A DNA stretch of 63,017 nt, counting the filler, from Octopus bimaculoides (Eukaryota), in NCBI RefSeq assembly GCF_001194135.2. It is 8 parts of 6 records of this genome, joined end to end, with 100 filler letters (N's around TTAATTAATTAA, not from the genome) between each part and the next. Parts side by side here need not be neighbours in the genome. Positions count along the whole stretch, not along the records: positions 35,917 to 46,248 come from NW_026323156.1; positions 46,349 to 48,852 come from NC_069001.1; positions 48,953 to 56,669 come from NC_068998.1; 5 more parts are not named here. The stretch is one strand, 5' to 3'. Under the pieces are notes generated by a model. That model made no database searches. It was not told the origin of the DNA and saw only the letters and a list, made by a program, of their open reading frames with translations. This document shows, piece after piece, positions 40,155-53,159 of this stretch; the stretch's first letter is position 1, and the number at the start of each line of letters is the position of its first letter. Made by a program: the position numbers and the translations under genes.

Positions 40155-40219
40155 AGGCAGCTTGTATGGCGATAATTATAATGAGTACACCAATGAAATA
40201 CAGTAACTGCTTATTTTTT
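40155..40219 (-). CDS. 65-nt exon encoding most of the transmembrane helix (KNKQLLYFIGVLIIIIAIQAA)
   Basis: ctcccttacag acceptor, GTAAGT donor, phase 2 to 1; joins in frame to 40951-41158. Confidence 0.85.
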
Positions 40220-40785
40220 CTGTAAGGGAGAGTTATAAACACAAATATATATATAAGTGAAAACTATATTAATCATTTATATATATTAAAATTATACTGA
40301 TTATTTAGATTATATATAAAATTATATTCATTTTTTATATTAAATTTAATACTTACACGATAAAGAAAACAAATTGCCCATATTGCAGTATTTCTATCTG
40401 TAGTTTGTGTGTATTTTTGAGTATAGGTGTGGGAGTCATTCTTCTGTTTCATTTGACTTTGCAGTTCAAAGGAATATTTGACAGAGAGTTGCTCACTTCA
40501 TCCTTTTTTAATATCTATATATATATATATAAAGATGAGAATGTGTGTCTGTCTGTGTGAATCCCTAAAACTTGAGAACTACACAACCAATTTCATTCAA
40601 ATTTACACATGCCTTACTTAGGGTCCTGCTATATAAATTAAGGGTAAAATTTCCTTATACCTGCACCCATTTATTGCACTTGGTAAAAACACTAGTGTAA
40701 TAGTAATTGGGTATCCTTCCGGCAGTATATTGGATGGATATTATCCCTTAGTGGGTTGGATTCACAACCCCTAAGTTTCTTGGAT

Positions 40786-40819
<34 letters not shown>

Positions 40820-40950
40820 CTATGTAAATAAGTAGCTATCTCTTTCTATCCATCAATCTATCTATATGTATAAAATGTTTGTGTGTGTGTGTTTGTGCAC
40901 GTGCATGGACCCATGTATGCGCTTGAGTTTCAAATCAATTTACCACTTAC

Positions 40951-41158
40951 TTGGAGCAATCCTGAGGACATTCAGAGAAATTCTTGGTGGTCATCTCAGT
41001 TATGCCAGGTGTAGGATTCTTTTCTGTTGTTTCTATTGAAGGTACTGTTGTCATTCTTTTCTCTGGAATAGAGGGCGTTGTTGTTGTTGTCTCTATGAAT
41101 GGAATTGGGGATGCTGTTGGTTTCAGGCCTGGAGGCAATGGTGGGAATCTTTCGTTTG
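40951..41158 (-). CDS. 208-nt exon encoding a Thr/Pro/Ser-rich mucin-like stalk ending NFSECPQDCS
   Basis: Long polypyrimidine tract and AG acceptor, GTAAGT donor, open frame of 2+68 codons+2 (phase 1 to 2). Non-repetitive codon usage and an NFS sequon. Confidence 0.8.
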
Positions 41159-41973
41159 CTTTCAATAGAAACATAAAAGTAAGAGATATGCAAAGAAAGA
41201 AAAGAAATTGATTTATAGATTTTGAAGTTGTAGTAGTAGCAGGAGTAATTGCTGTGCTGCTGCTGGTGGCGGTGGTAATGGTGAGTGGTGGTGGTAGTAA
41301 TAGCAATAGTAGTTGCTGTTATTGTTGATGTTTAGCCGCAGGTGAGATCTGATCCAACACACCTACCTGTGATCAAAGACACTACAGCCACAACTAGCAC
41401 CACCCCACCCAGCCACCTTCATTGCAAACAGAATATTTAGGAATCATTCAATCCAATGTGACCTTCCCTTCTGTTAAAAGCAGTAAGGATGGGGTATAAT
41501 TTCAGGGAGATCTAGCTGTTATATCAAGCAGGCAGAGCAACCATGTAGAGACCCTACTCTGGCTTTATATATGAATGGGACCCTAACAGTCACCATTTCG
41601 GGTCACAACAGGTCTGAAAGTAATGATAGCTAAGGGGATGACACCATGACCCCCACAGCTCTGGAATTCTTGCTTTCCAACAACATGGTGCCAGGTTCAG
41701 CCCCACTGCATGGTACTTTGAGCAAGTATCCTCTACTAAAGCCTCAGGGTGACCAAAATCTTGCGAGTGGATTTTATAGATGGAAACTGAAAGAAGCCCA
41801 TTGTGTGTATATGCGTATGTGTGTTTGTAAAGTCACAATATATACATTCAATTACTCTGGTATCACTCAAAGAAAACTCCTTAATGTATCATTCTACAAA
41901 ACATATTATCATGATAGATCGCTCGCCACTACACATTCTTTATTTTCTCTCCTCGTTTCTTTCTTCTGTGTTC

Positions 41974-42009
41974 CTTTCTGTGGAAGAGCGTCGGCTCGAA
42001 ATGTTAAAG
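41974..42009 (+). ncRNA. Hammerhead-like variant (CUGUGGA core)
   Basis: CUUU-CUGUGGA-A-GAGC-gucg-GCUC-GAA-AUGU-U-AAAG. Stems I and II pair; position 6 is U instead of A. Confidence 0.4.
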
Positions 42010-43329
42010 ACTTTTTCACTTCCTGAGCGATAAACTAATACATCTGTTTGTTGTCTACACCACCTGTCTTTGTTTTGTTTTTTTGTGAATTCTCTCCCTA
42101 TATGTATCATCATCATCATCATCATTTAACGTCCACTTTCCATGCTAGCATGGGTTGGACGATTTGACTGAGGACTGGCAAGCCAGAAGGCTGCACCAGG
42201 CTCCAGAGTTTCTACAGCTGGATGCCCTTCTTAACGCCAACCACTCCGTGTTTTTTATGTGCCACCTGCACGGGAGCCAGTCCAGCGACACTGGCAACGA
42301 CCTCACTCGAATGATTTTCTAATGTGCCACCAGCACAAGTGCTAGAAAGCAATGCTGGTAATGATTACACTCAAATGGTGCTATTTATGGGCCACTAGCA
42401 CGGAAGCCAGACAGCTGCTCTGGCAATGGACACGCTCAGACAGTGCTGTTAGTGCTCCACTGGCACAGGTGTCAGTCATCAAGTATGGTTTAATTATGAT
42501 TTCACTTGCCCCAACAGGTCTTCGCAAGCAGAGTTCAGTGTCCAATGAAGGAGAGGTTGGCATGGGTGCCAGTCATCAGATTCGGTACGATTTCGATTTC
42601 AGATTTCAACTAAGTCACAATATACAGATTCAAGTAATCCAGTTTTACTCATAAAGAAAACTCCTTAATGTATCATTCTACAAAACATTTAACATTTAGA
42701 ATATATAGTATGATACAAGAGAAAATGATATGAAGTTTATAGAGTCACAAATGACAGAAATAGTTTAATGAAATTTAACAGTAAGAAAATTCCAATTTCA
42801 TGACAAATTGTTTCGTAACTTAGAAACATGCAAATGATTTATATTATTATGTTTAATAATAAATAAATGACTTCCATGCCTTCAAAAATGCAAAAACTCC
42901 TTCAAAATAATGCAGAATTTAAGCAACATCCTCAGAAAGCATTTGTTTGCTATAGGAACGCAAAGTCAAATTTTAAAATATTATGGAAGACAATAATATT
43001 AAAATTGATATAAAGTAATAAGATTTTCTAATAAATGGAAGTGAATTGTAGTAATATAATTAAAAATTAAGTAGTAGATATTATTAGTACAATAAAAGAG
43101 AAGAGATATATTTATTATCAAAATCTAGAAATTAAAAGATCATAAACACAGAGCAAAAAAAACACTAAAAACTAAATAAATTTAGAGATAATATTTATGA
43201 AATATAGGGATTGATAATCAACAAGAAAATATGAACAATATTAAATTTTGAAAATTAGAAATAATTTTTAAAAATTTACAGAAAGTATGGAAGACAACGA
43301 GAACAAAATCAACATAAATGAAACCATCC

Positions 43330-43870
43330 CAGATGAGACGGGAGATCCATCAAGTTTTCAAGAAATAATTATTGGATGGTTTTGGTATAAAGAGAGGAAA
43401 TTCATATCTTCTATTTTTTAACAAAGACTTTCTTTCATCATCCATACAGTGTAAAGAGAGGGATTGCTCAGTGCCTAAAACATTGTGCAAAGAATATAAG
43501 TAGCAATCGTGATACACACCACGAAGAAATGATCAAGCTCAATAACGATCTATTAAGTAATAACTACCCCAAAAGTATACTATCTACTCCAATTATGAAG
43601 AAAAGAGAGGATGAGGCCAATAAACTGTCCACAGTCTCTGTCTACCCTATGTGAAAGGCCTCTCCAAAAAGATACAAAAGATATGTGGCCCATATGACAA
43701 CAGGACAGTATTCAAGAGTAATACAACACTTCGCAAATATCTCCTTTGAGTAAAACCACCAATAGAAGAGAATATAACCAAAGACTGTGTGTATTTCATC
43801 CCATGCAGCTGTGGTAGGTTATACAAAGGCGAAACATACCACCCCCTCAAAATAAGGGGGCGGCATATCT
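43330..43870 (+). mobile_element. Penelope-like element fragment
   Basis: HHPYSVKRGI, LPYVKGLSKKI, VYFIPCSCGRLYKGET. Confidence 0.88.
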
Positions 43871-43952
43871 TACTGTTAAATAAAATTTCATCAAACTATT
43901 TCTCTTTCATTTGCAACTTACATACATATATATGTGTGTGTGTGTGTGTGTG

Positions 43953-44575
43953 TGTTGTGTGTGTAGTGGATCTTGCATGCATGAAGTGGATTCGATCCAC
44001 CATAGCCAAAATTTAAATTAACACTGCGACAGAACTTTTCACACGGTGGAACAATGGTTTTTCTGTTACAGCAGTTTTACATTTTCCAGATGCCTTTGGC
44101 TAGGCCGAAATAATGTCTTCACCACTTGACCCTTTCTAACCTCTTCTACTGTACCAAAAGCTAGAATAGAGATAACAAGACCACCGACTAATTGTTCTCA
44201 ATGATATGTCTATCCTTCTGGATCGTTATAAAAGCAAGGAAACCCCAAGCAAGAAGTTAGTTTAGTCACCAGCTAGAACCTTGGCCAGAGGGAGAAATGA
44301 AGTTTACTGTTAGCAACTGTGAGACAACGTCCCACACCCTACAACTCTCACTAGCTCTAATTCTGTTCTCTTACAACATCATTCTATCGCTATCTGTGGA
44401 TTACTACTAACAATTCGTATATGCCAAACTATGCAAAGAAACATTCTACCACATCTTTCTTTCGCATGCTCTCGGATGTTATAACCTGCCCGTTGAGGCA
44501 AGGTATTGTATTGTAACGGTAAATAAATACTTTCTTAAAACTTCATGCATTGTTCATCTTTCCCATCTTACAACA
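43953..44575 (+). mobile_element. Probable solo LTR (about 620 bp)
   Basis: TGTTGT...ACAACA terminal inverted motif and AATAAA about 55 bp from the right end. No clean TSD. Confidence 0.4.
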
Positions 44576-45128
44576 TGCAATTATAACAATAAATTTTTAT
44601 TGACACAACTGCTGACTCCGACATTTCATATTATTGTGTACCCAAAACGTCTTACCTGTTACAAATGTTACAAATCTTACCTGCTACACAAATTATTATC
44701 GTTACAATTGGTGNNNNNNNNNNNNNNNNNNNNNNNNNNNNNNNNNNNNNNNNNNNNNNNNNNNNNNNNNNNNNNNNNNNNNNNNNNNNNNNNNNNNNNN
44801 NNNNNNNNNNNNNNNNNNNNNNNNNNNNNNNNNNNNNNNNNNNNNNNNNNNNNNNNNNNNNNNNNNNNNNNNNNNNNNNNNNNNNNNNNNNNNNNNNNNN
44901 NNNNNNNNNNNNNNNNNNNNNNNNNNNNNNNNNNNNNNNNNNNNNNNNNNNNNNNNNNNNNNNNNNNNNNNNNNNNNNNNNNNNNNNNNNNNNNNNNNNN
45001 NNNNNNNNNNNNNNNNNNNNNNNNNNNNNNNNNNNNNNNNNNNNNNNNNNNNNNNNNNNNNNNNNNNNNNNNNNNNNNNNNNNNNNNNNNNNNNNNNNNN
45101 NNNNNNNNNNNNNNNNNNNNNNNNNNNA

Positions 45129-45800
45129 ATGTTGCAAAGTGTTTACCGTGGAGTAAAAACCTACAGAATTTGTCCCTAGAGCAGTGGAAGAATGTTATTT
45201 TCTCGGACAAGTCAACCTTTACCTTATTTCTGACCATCGGCTGAGTATACAAGTGGAGACAGCCAAAAGAAGCATTTGACCCAGACTGCTTTTTTCCAAC
45301 TGTTAAACACAGAGGAGGATTTGTGATGATCTGGGTAGCTATATCTTGGAAATCTGCTGACCCAATGGTTTCCCTTCATGGCAGAATTAATAGTCAACAC
45401 TATTTAAGCATTTTATCTGATCAAATTCATCCTATGGTTGCGGAACTGTTTCCGCGGGGAAATGCAATCTTTCAAGATGATGCACCAATTCGTTGTTACT
45501 GAATGGCACAAGGAACATTCTAGTGAAGTTGAACATCTTATCTGGCCACCACAGTCCTCAGATCTCAATATTATTGAACATTTATGGTGCATTTTAGAAA
45601 AACAGGTAAGGAGTCGATATCCTCCACCACCATCACTACAAGAACTGGAGACTGTTTTAGCTGAAGAATGGACAAAAATTCCTTTGGAAAAAATTGAAAC
45701 TTTGTACAAGCTGTAATTACTACCAAAGGCGGTCCAACCCCATATTAAAATAAATTTGTTTGAAATTTTAAGGCGTTTCCATTATTTTGTCCAACCCCTG
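45129..45800 (+). mobile_element. Tc1-like transposase remnant with right TIR
   Basis: WKNVIFSDKS, IFQDD, WPPQSSDLNIIEHLW; ends ttccattattttgtccaacccctg followed by TA. Confidence 0.92.
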
Positions 45801-45876
45801 TATATATCTATCTATCTCTATCTAAATCTATCTCTCTATATCTATCTATATTTATCTCTGTCTGTCTCTCTCTCTA

Positions 45877-45907
<31 letters not shown>

Positions 45908-46349
45908 ATCTCTGTCTGTCTCTCTCTATATATATCTATCTTTATCTCTGTCGGTCTCTCTATATATATCTACATATCTATTTATATTTATCTCTGTCCG
46001 TCTCTCTCTCTCTATATATATATATATCTGTCTATCTTTCTTTCTGTTTGTCTGTCTCTCTCTCTATCTATCTATATCTCTCTGTCTGTCTGTCTCTCTT
46101 TCTCTCTCTCTCTCTATATATATATATCTATCTCTGTCTGTCTGCCTCTCTCTCTCTTTCTATATATATATATCTGTCTCTCTCTCTTTGTACATATATA
46201 TGCATATATATATCTACATATCTATCTATCTTTATCGCTCTCTCTCTCNNNNNNNNNNNNNNNNNNNNNNNNNNNNNNNNNNNNNNNNNNNNTTAATTAA
46301 TTAANNNNNNNNNNNNNNNNNNNNNNNNNNNNNNNNNNNNNNNNNNNNT

Positions 46350-46908
46350 CTTATTTCAGTTCAAGCTAGGCCAAAAGTGGCTGAAACAGCTCACGATATC
46401 AACGATGCGTTTGGCCCAGGAGCCACTAATGAACGTCCAGCACAATGGTGGTTCAAGAAATTTTGTAGTGGTGACAAGAGTCTTGAAGATGATAAGCGTA
46501 GTGGTCAGCCATCGGATGTTGACAACGGTCAACTAAGAGCCTTAGTTGAAGCCAATCCATGCACAACTGTTAGAGAGCTTGCTTCTGAATTAGACATAAT
46601 GTATACGACAATTTCCAACCACTTGAAAGAGATTGGAAAAACAAAAATACTTGAGAAATGGGTGCTGCACGAATTGAACAACAACCAAAAAAAAGCTGAT
46701 TTGAAGTGTCGTCTTCACTTCTTTTACGCAAGAAGAATGACCCATTCCTTGGCCAGATTGTGACTTGCGATTCTTTACAACAACCATGGATTCTTTACGA
46801 CAACCGGCGATGCTCAATTCAGTGGTTGGATGCTGACGAAGCTCCACTGCACTTCCTGAAGCCAAAGTTCCACCAAAAGAAGGTCATGGTGACTGTTTGG
46901 TGGTCTGC
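46350..46908 (+). mobile_element. Mariner transposase fragment
   Basis: QWWFKKFCSGDKSLED, TVRELASEL, KWVLHEL, IVTCD, KVMVTVWWS. Confidence 0.92.
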
Positions 46909-47474
46909 ATACACATTTATGCACACACACACGTGTGTGTGTGTGTATACACACAATTATGAATACAAACACACACACATGGGTGCACAAAGACTCACAA
47001 AAATTAATGACTGGCTCAAGGCCAAACCAAATAAGCAAAATACAAACTATTAATACGACCAGCTCCATATAAATAGGTGTTACTCTTCCATAACTTAATG
47101 AACCACTCCTTATGCCAAAAAAATAACATTCATCTCATACCAAGCAAGCAACATCATTCGACTTCACCCCGCCAAACTTTTGTTAAACACAACCACTGTA
47201 TCCAGATTAACAAATACAATAGAATGGCTTTCGGATGTGAATAAATGTGTCACTAAGTAAGCCAGTGAGACAGCAGAATCGTTAGCACACTGGATGAAAT
47301 GCTCTGTGGAATTTTGTCAATCGTTAAATTATGAGTTCAAATTCCACTGAAGTTGACTTTCTCTCTCATCTTCCCAGGGTTGATGAAATAGGTACCTGTT
47401 TACTACTGGGGTTGATGTAATCGACTTATCCCCTCGCCTGAAGTTGTTGGTCTCGCATCAAAATTTGAAACCAA

Positions 47475-47516
<42 letters not shown>

Positions 47517-49313
47517 TAAATTTAAGGGCTTAGCAAAAGAGTCTAATGGAACAGGTACCAGTCTTGAAGTCAGGAAACAAAGAAAAAAAAAAAGAAAGAA
47601 GACAAATGTGGTGCTCCAGCATGGCCATAGTAAAAAAAAGTAAAACATAAGGGTTTAGAAGATGGGATAGCCTTGGATAGCATTGCCTATATGCAGAAAG
47701 CGCCAAAGCAGACCATTCACTATGCACCGTCTCCCATCCACCTCTCTTAGTCAGTAACTCTGCCACTAAAATGGTACAGCAGCTTTGTACGTAGTTAAGT
47801 TAGATTTTGGTAAATGGAGGGAGAGAGAAAGAGAGAGAGAAAGAGAAAGAGAGAGAGATACGCTGTTTGAAAAAAAAAAAAAAAGAAATAAAAAGAGAAA
47901 AAGAAGGGGGAAAAAAATGAAGATTAGAATCTTAGTAATACTGTGAAATGATGTCGAACAAGTATTTTGAAGATAAGATGAGGAAATTAGATTTTTTTGG
48001 GAAAGGAAAAAAAAACAAAAAACTACCCAGTCTCTGTGCAGNNNNNNNNNNNNNNNNNNNNNNNNNNNNNNNNNNNNNNNNNNNNNNNNNNNNNNNNNNN
48101 NNNNNNNNNNNNNNNNNNNNNNNNNNNNNNNNNNNNNNNNNNNNNNNNNNNNNNNNNNNNNNNNNNNNNNNNNNNNNNNNNNNNNNNNNNNNNNNNNNNN
48201 NNNNNNNNNNNNNNNNNNNNNNNNNNNNNNNNNNNNNNNNNNNNNNNNNNNNNNNNNNNNNNNNNNNNNNNNNNNNNNNNNNNNNNNNNNNNNNNNNNNN
48301 NNNNNNNNNNNNNNNNNNNNNNNNNNNNNNNNNNNNNNNNNNNNNNNNNNNNNNNNNNNNNNNNNNNNNNNNNNNNNNNNNNNNNNNNNNNNNNNNNNNN
48401 NNNNNNNNNNNNNNNNNNNNNNNNNNNNNNNNNNNNNATATATATATATATATATACATATATGCGTATATATATTTATATACATATATGCATACACACA
48501 CACACACAGAGAATCAGATAGACAGATCTGTAGGTGCATTTATGTGTGTACATGCACACATCTATGTATATCTATATATGCATACATATATATATATATA
48601 CGCACACACACACACACACACACATCCACAGATTTAGGTAGATATGTGCATGACGATGTGCAGGCAGGTATGTGTGTGCGTGCACGTGTGCATATATAAC
48701 TACATATATACATATATATATATATACATACACACACACACACACACACACATGGGTGCATGTAATATCATTACAACAGAAAAAATAAAACAAAAAAAGT
48801 ATATATATACATTTTTTTTTATATAATATATTAACTTTTATCATCCCCGCCTNNNNNNNNNNNNNNNNNNNNNNNNNNNNNNNNNNNNNNNNNNNNTTAA
48901 TTAATTAANNNNNNNNNNNNNNNNNNNNNNNNNNNNNNNNNNNNNNNNNNNNTACAGACACATATAGATACATACACAGATCTATCTATCCTATCTATCT
49001 GTCTGTCTGTCTATATGTATGTGCGTGTGTAAGTATGTCTGTATATGTATGTATATGTGTAAACATGAATATATGCATATTTGATAATGTTTCTCAGTGT
49101 GGATGTGGAAGAGAGAGGGAAAGAGAGAAAGAGAGGAAGAAAGCGAGAAGAGAGTGAGCGAGTGATAATCACCAGAAGGTTTGTAGCCCGCATGTCTGTG
49201 TGCCTGTGTGTCTGTCTGTCTATATCCCTCCCTCCCCCTCTCTCTCACATACACTCCTTATATCAGATGATGAAAAATATGTTCACATCACGCCCACCTT
49301 CTAATCCTCTCAC

Positions 49314-49386
49314 TACAACTCTCCGGACGCGCCAGGAAGAAAGACCAGAAGAACACAAGAACTGCTTTTTTTCTGTTCAGTGCCAT
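49314..49386 (-). CDS. Candidate first coding exon (signal peptide) of a type I membrane protein: MALNRKKAVLVFFWSFFLARPESC
   Basis: ATG in gatATGG context with an in-frame TGA 12 nt upstream. Basic n-region, hydrophobic h-region, GTGAGA donor in phase 1 matching the next exon. The link to downstream exons is inferred. Confidence 0.5.
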
Positions 49387-49559
49387 ATCAACTTGTCAGC
49401 AAGGCATGGAAGACATTCCTCAGATGTCAACACATACGCTTCCGTCTATCTACTTAGACTTCTGCAAAGATATTCATGAAACAAGATGGGAATTGTTGAC
49501 GCTAAGACATTATAATCTACCTAAACCTTTTTCTTTCCGCCACTTTTCTGTCATCTTTC

Positions 49560-49830
49560 TCTCTCCCTCTCTCCCACCCACTCTTTCCCTCTGCCTCTGC
49601 CTCTCCCTCTCCTTCTCTCCCTCTCTTTTCCCTTGCTCTGTCTCACTGCGAAAGAGAGTTACTCATGGAGCTGCTTTATGTTCGAACTTCCTTTTAAGGT
49701 CGAATCGTCTGTGTGCGATCGACCGACCGACCAACCGACCGACCTACCTATCGAAGGACAGAGCGAACGAACGAAAGCGAAGTTCGATTATGGAAACTTT
49801 GTTAATCTAAATTAATACGAACATAAACAC
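49560..49830 (-). promoter_or_regulatory. Candidate promoter/5' UTR region of the minus-strand membrane-protein gene
   Basis: Locally CpG-rich non-TE sequence with a (CGAC)n run, 200-450 bp upstream of the candidate ATG. Position-based inference only. Confidence 0.25.
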
Positions 49831-49864
49831 AACACACATACGCATACGCATATATACAAACGCT

Positions 49865-49920
<56 letters not shown>

Positions 49921-50686
49921 NNNNNNNNNNNNNNNNNNNNNNNNNNNNNNNNNNNNNNNNNNNNNNNNNNNNNNNNNNNNNNNNNNNNNNNNNNNNNNNN
50001 NNNNNNNNNNNNNNNNNNNNNNNNNNNNNNNNNNNNNNNNNNNNNNNNNNNNNNNNNNNNNNNNNNNNNNNNNNNNNNNNNNNNNNNNNNNNNNNNNNNN
50101 NNNNNNNNNNNNNNNNNNNNNNNNNNNNNNNNNNNNNNNNNNNNNNNNNNNNNNNNNNNNNNNNNNNNNNNNNNNNNNNNNNNNNNNNNNNNNNNNNNNN
50201 NNNNNNNNNNNNNNNNNNNNNNNNNNNNNNNNNNNNNNNNNNNNNNNNNNNNNNNNNNNNNNNNNNNNNNNNNNNNNNNNNNNNNNNNNNNNNNNNNNNN
50301 NNNNNNNNNNNNNNNNNNNNNNNNNNNNNNNNNNNNNNNNNNNNNNNNNNNNNNNNNNNNNNNNNNNNNNNNNNNNNNNNNNNNNNNNNNNNNNNNNNNN
50401 NNNNNNNNNNNNNNNNNNNNNNNNNNNNNNNNNNNNNNNNNNNNNNNNNNNNNNNNNNNNNNNNNNNNNNNNNNNNNNNNNNNNNNNNNNNNNNNNNNNN
50501 NNNNNNNNNNNNNNNNNNNNNNNNNNNNNNNNNNNNNNNNNNNNNNNNNNNNNNNNNNNNNNNNNNNNNNNNNNNNNNNNNNNNNNNNNNNNNNNNNNNN
50601 NNNNNNNNNNNNNNNNNNNNNNNNNNNNAGAAGGGAAAAATAGATTGATAGAGATATGGATATTCAGAGGAAGAGTGAGAGAGAGG

Positions 50687-50738
<52 letters not shown>

Positions 50739-53159
50739 CTTTTCTCAGGTTTTGTTGCTTTGAATTATCATCGATACCTTTTTTTCCCCCTTAGGTAGGG
50801 GTGTTCACCCCACACAAACCAATTTTAATTCTGGAAAGAGATGGTCCGTGTTAGTTTGCCTTCTCTTCTTCAACGTATCTAGCATGGGAGCTCACCACTC
50901 AACCACTGACGTAGCTTTCAGGGTCATTGAAACCCGCAAAATACGGAACAAGGATCGGATCCTGTGGTGGATTAGGGCGAGATTAGAATGAAATTGCCAT
51001 CTTCACTGTTGTTACTTTGAATTATATTGTTTGGTAAGCATCAAATTACAATTCGATGTTAAATCTTTTATCTTTTACTTGCTTTTGTCATCAGACTGCG
51101 GACATGCTGGGGTACTCCTTTGAGGAATGAATCACTCCCAATACTTATTCAATCGGTCTTTTTTGCCGAACCGCTAGTTACAGAGGTGCAAACACACCAA
51201 CACCGGTCGTCAAGCCGTGAAAGGAGGCACACACACACACACACACACACATTTGATGCGTGGCGTGAAAAGTCATATCCGCGCACATACAAGGCTGAAA
51301 GTAAATCAGAACAACCGGGCTGAATGAAAGATGGCTACCATCTGAAAGGATGAGGCAATCATGTATGTTATGTGTATATGTTCCATAATCTATATTACAT
51401 AGTAAGTAGTGGAACCTGTGGAAATTCCACAGAACGAAAAAGATCAAAAGAAACTACTNNNNNNNNNNNNNNNNNNNNNNNNNNNNNNNNNNNNNNNNNN
51501 NNNNNNNNNNNNNNNNNNNNNNNNNNNNNNNNNNNNNNNNNNNNNNNNNNNNNNNNNNNNNNNNNNNNNNNNNNNNNNNNNNNNNNNNNNNNNNNNNNNN
51601 NNNNNNNNNNNNNNNNNNNNNNNNNNNNNNNNNNNNNNNNNNNNNNNNNNNNNNNNNNNNNNNNNNNNNNNNNNNNNNNNNNNNNNNNNNNNNNNNNNNN
51701 NNNNNNNNNNNNNNNNNNNNNNNNNNNNNNNNNNNNNNNNNNNNNNNNNNNNNNNNNNNNNNNNNNNNNNNNNNNNNNNNNNNNNNNNNNNNNNNNNNNN
51801 NNNNNNNNNNNNNNNNNNNNNNNNNNNNNNNNNNNNNNNNNNNNNNNNNNNNNNNNNNNNNNNNNNNNNNNNNNNNNNNNNNNNNNNNNNNNNNNNNNNN
51901 NNNNNNNNNNNNNNNNNNNNNNNNNNNNNNNNNNNNNNNNNNNNNNNNNNNNNNNNNNNNNNNNNNNNNNNNNNNNNNNNNNNNNNNNNNNNNNNNNNNN
52001 NNNNNNNNNNNNNNNNNNNNNNNNNNNNNNNNNNNNTATATATATATATATATATATATATTGTGCAAATACATATTTATGCGTATGTGTGTACATATAA
52101 TATGACTGGAAGCACAAGTCGCTAAAGTGGATACTTGATGTCCCATTCAACCTATTCTGTATAAAAATTTAGCGGAAAAAGGAATGAATCCTTTCCTTAG
52201 AACATATTTGTTGCAGGTTGTGATTTATAATTTAACAAACTTGACATTAATAGTTTTCTGTTATTTCCCACTTGACCTATTTTCTTTTATTTAACGACCG
52301 CCCACTCATTAAATGTTTCTGTTATGAATACAGTATCTCATAAGTCACAAACCAGTTGCGTGATCAGCGGCACACTTATTAAGAGGAAGACTTCGCAGCT
52401 CTATACGCTCAATACTTATATATGTGTATATACTGTGTCTGGGGAGTGTCAGTCTCTTTTAGTGCCTCGTAATTTAACACACCGGCAAAATTACCACTCA
52501 TTTACTTATTTATTTTTCTAAAATTTTCATGCTTCAACACATGAACTTACATAATAAATCTTGCAAACCAAATCCAGAAACGAGATACATACATACATAC
52601 ATACATATATATATATATNNNNNNNNNNNNNNNNNNNNNNNNNNNNNNNNNNNNNNNNNNNNNNNNNNNNNNNNNNNNNNNNNNNNNNNNNNNNNNNNNN
52701 NNNNNNNNNNNNNNNNNNNNNNNNNNNNNNNNNNNNNNNNNNNNNNNNNNNNNNNNNNNNNNNNNNNNNNNNNNNNNNNNNNNNNNNNNNNNNNNNNNNN
52801 NNNNNNNNNNNNNNNNNNNNNNNNNNNNNNNNNNNNNNNNNNNNNNNNNNNNNNNNNNNNNNNNNNNNNNNNNNNNNNNNNNNNNNNNNNNNNNNNNNNN
52901 NNNNNNNNNNNNNNNNNNNNNNNNNNNNNNNNNNNNNNNNNNNNNNNNNNNNNNNNNNNNNNNNNNNNNNNNNNNNNNNNNNNNNNNNNNNNNNNNNNNN
53001 NNNNNNNNNNNNNNNNNNNNNNNNNNNNNNNNNNNNNNNNNNNNNNNNNNNNNNNNNNNNNNNNNNNNNNNNNNNNNNNNNNNNNNNNNNNNNNNNNNNN
53101 NNNNNNNNNNNNNNNNNNNNNNNNNNNNNNNNNNNNNNNNNNATATATATATATATACC

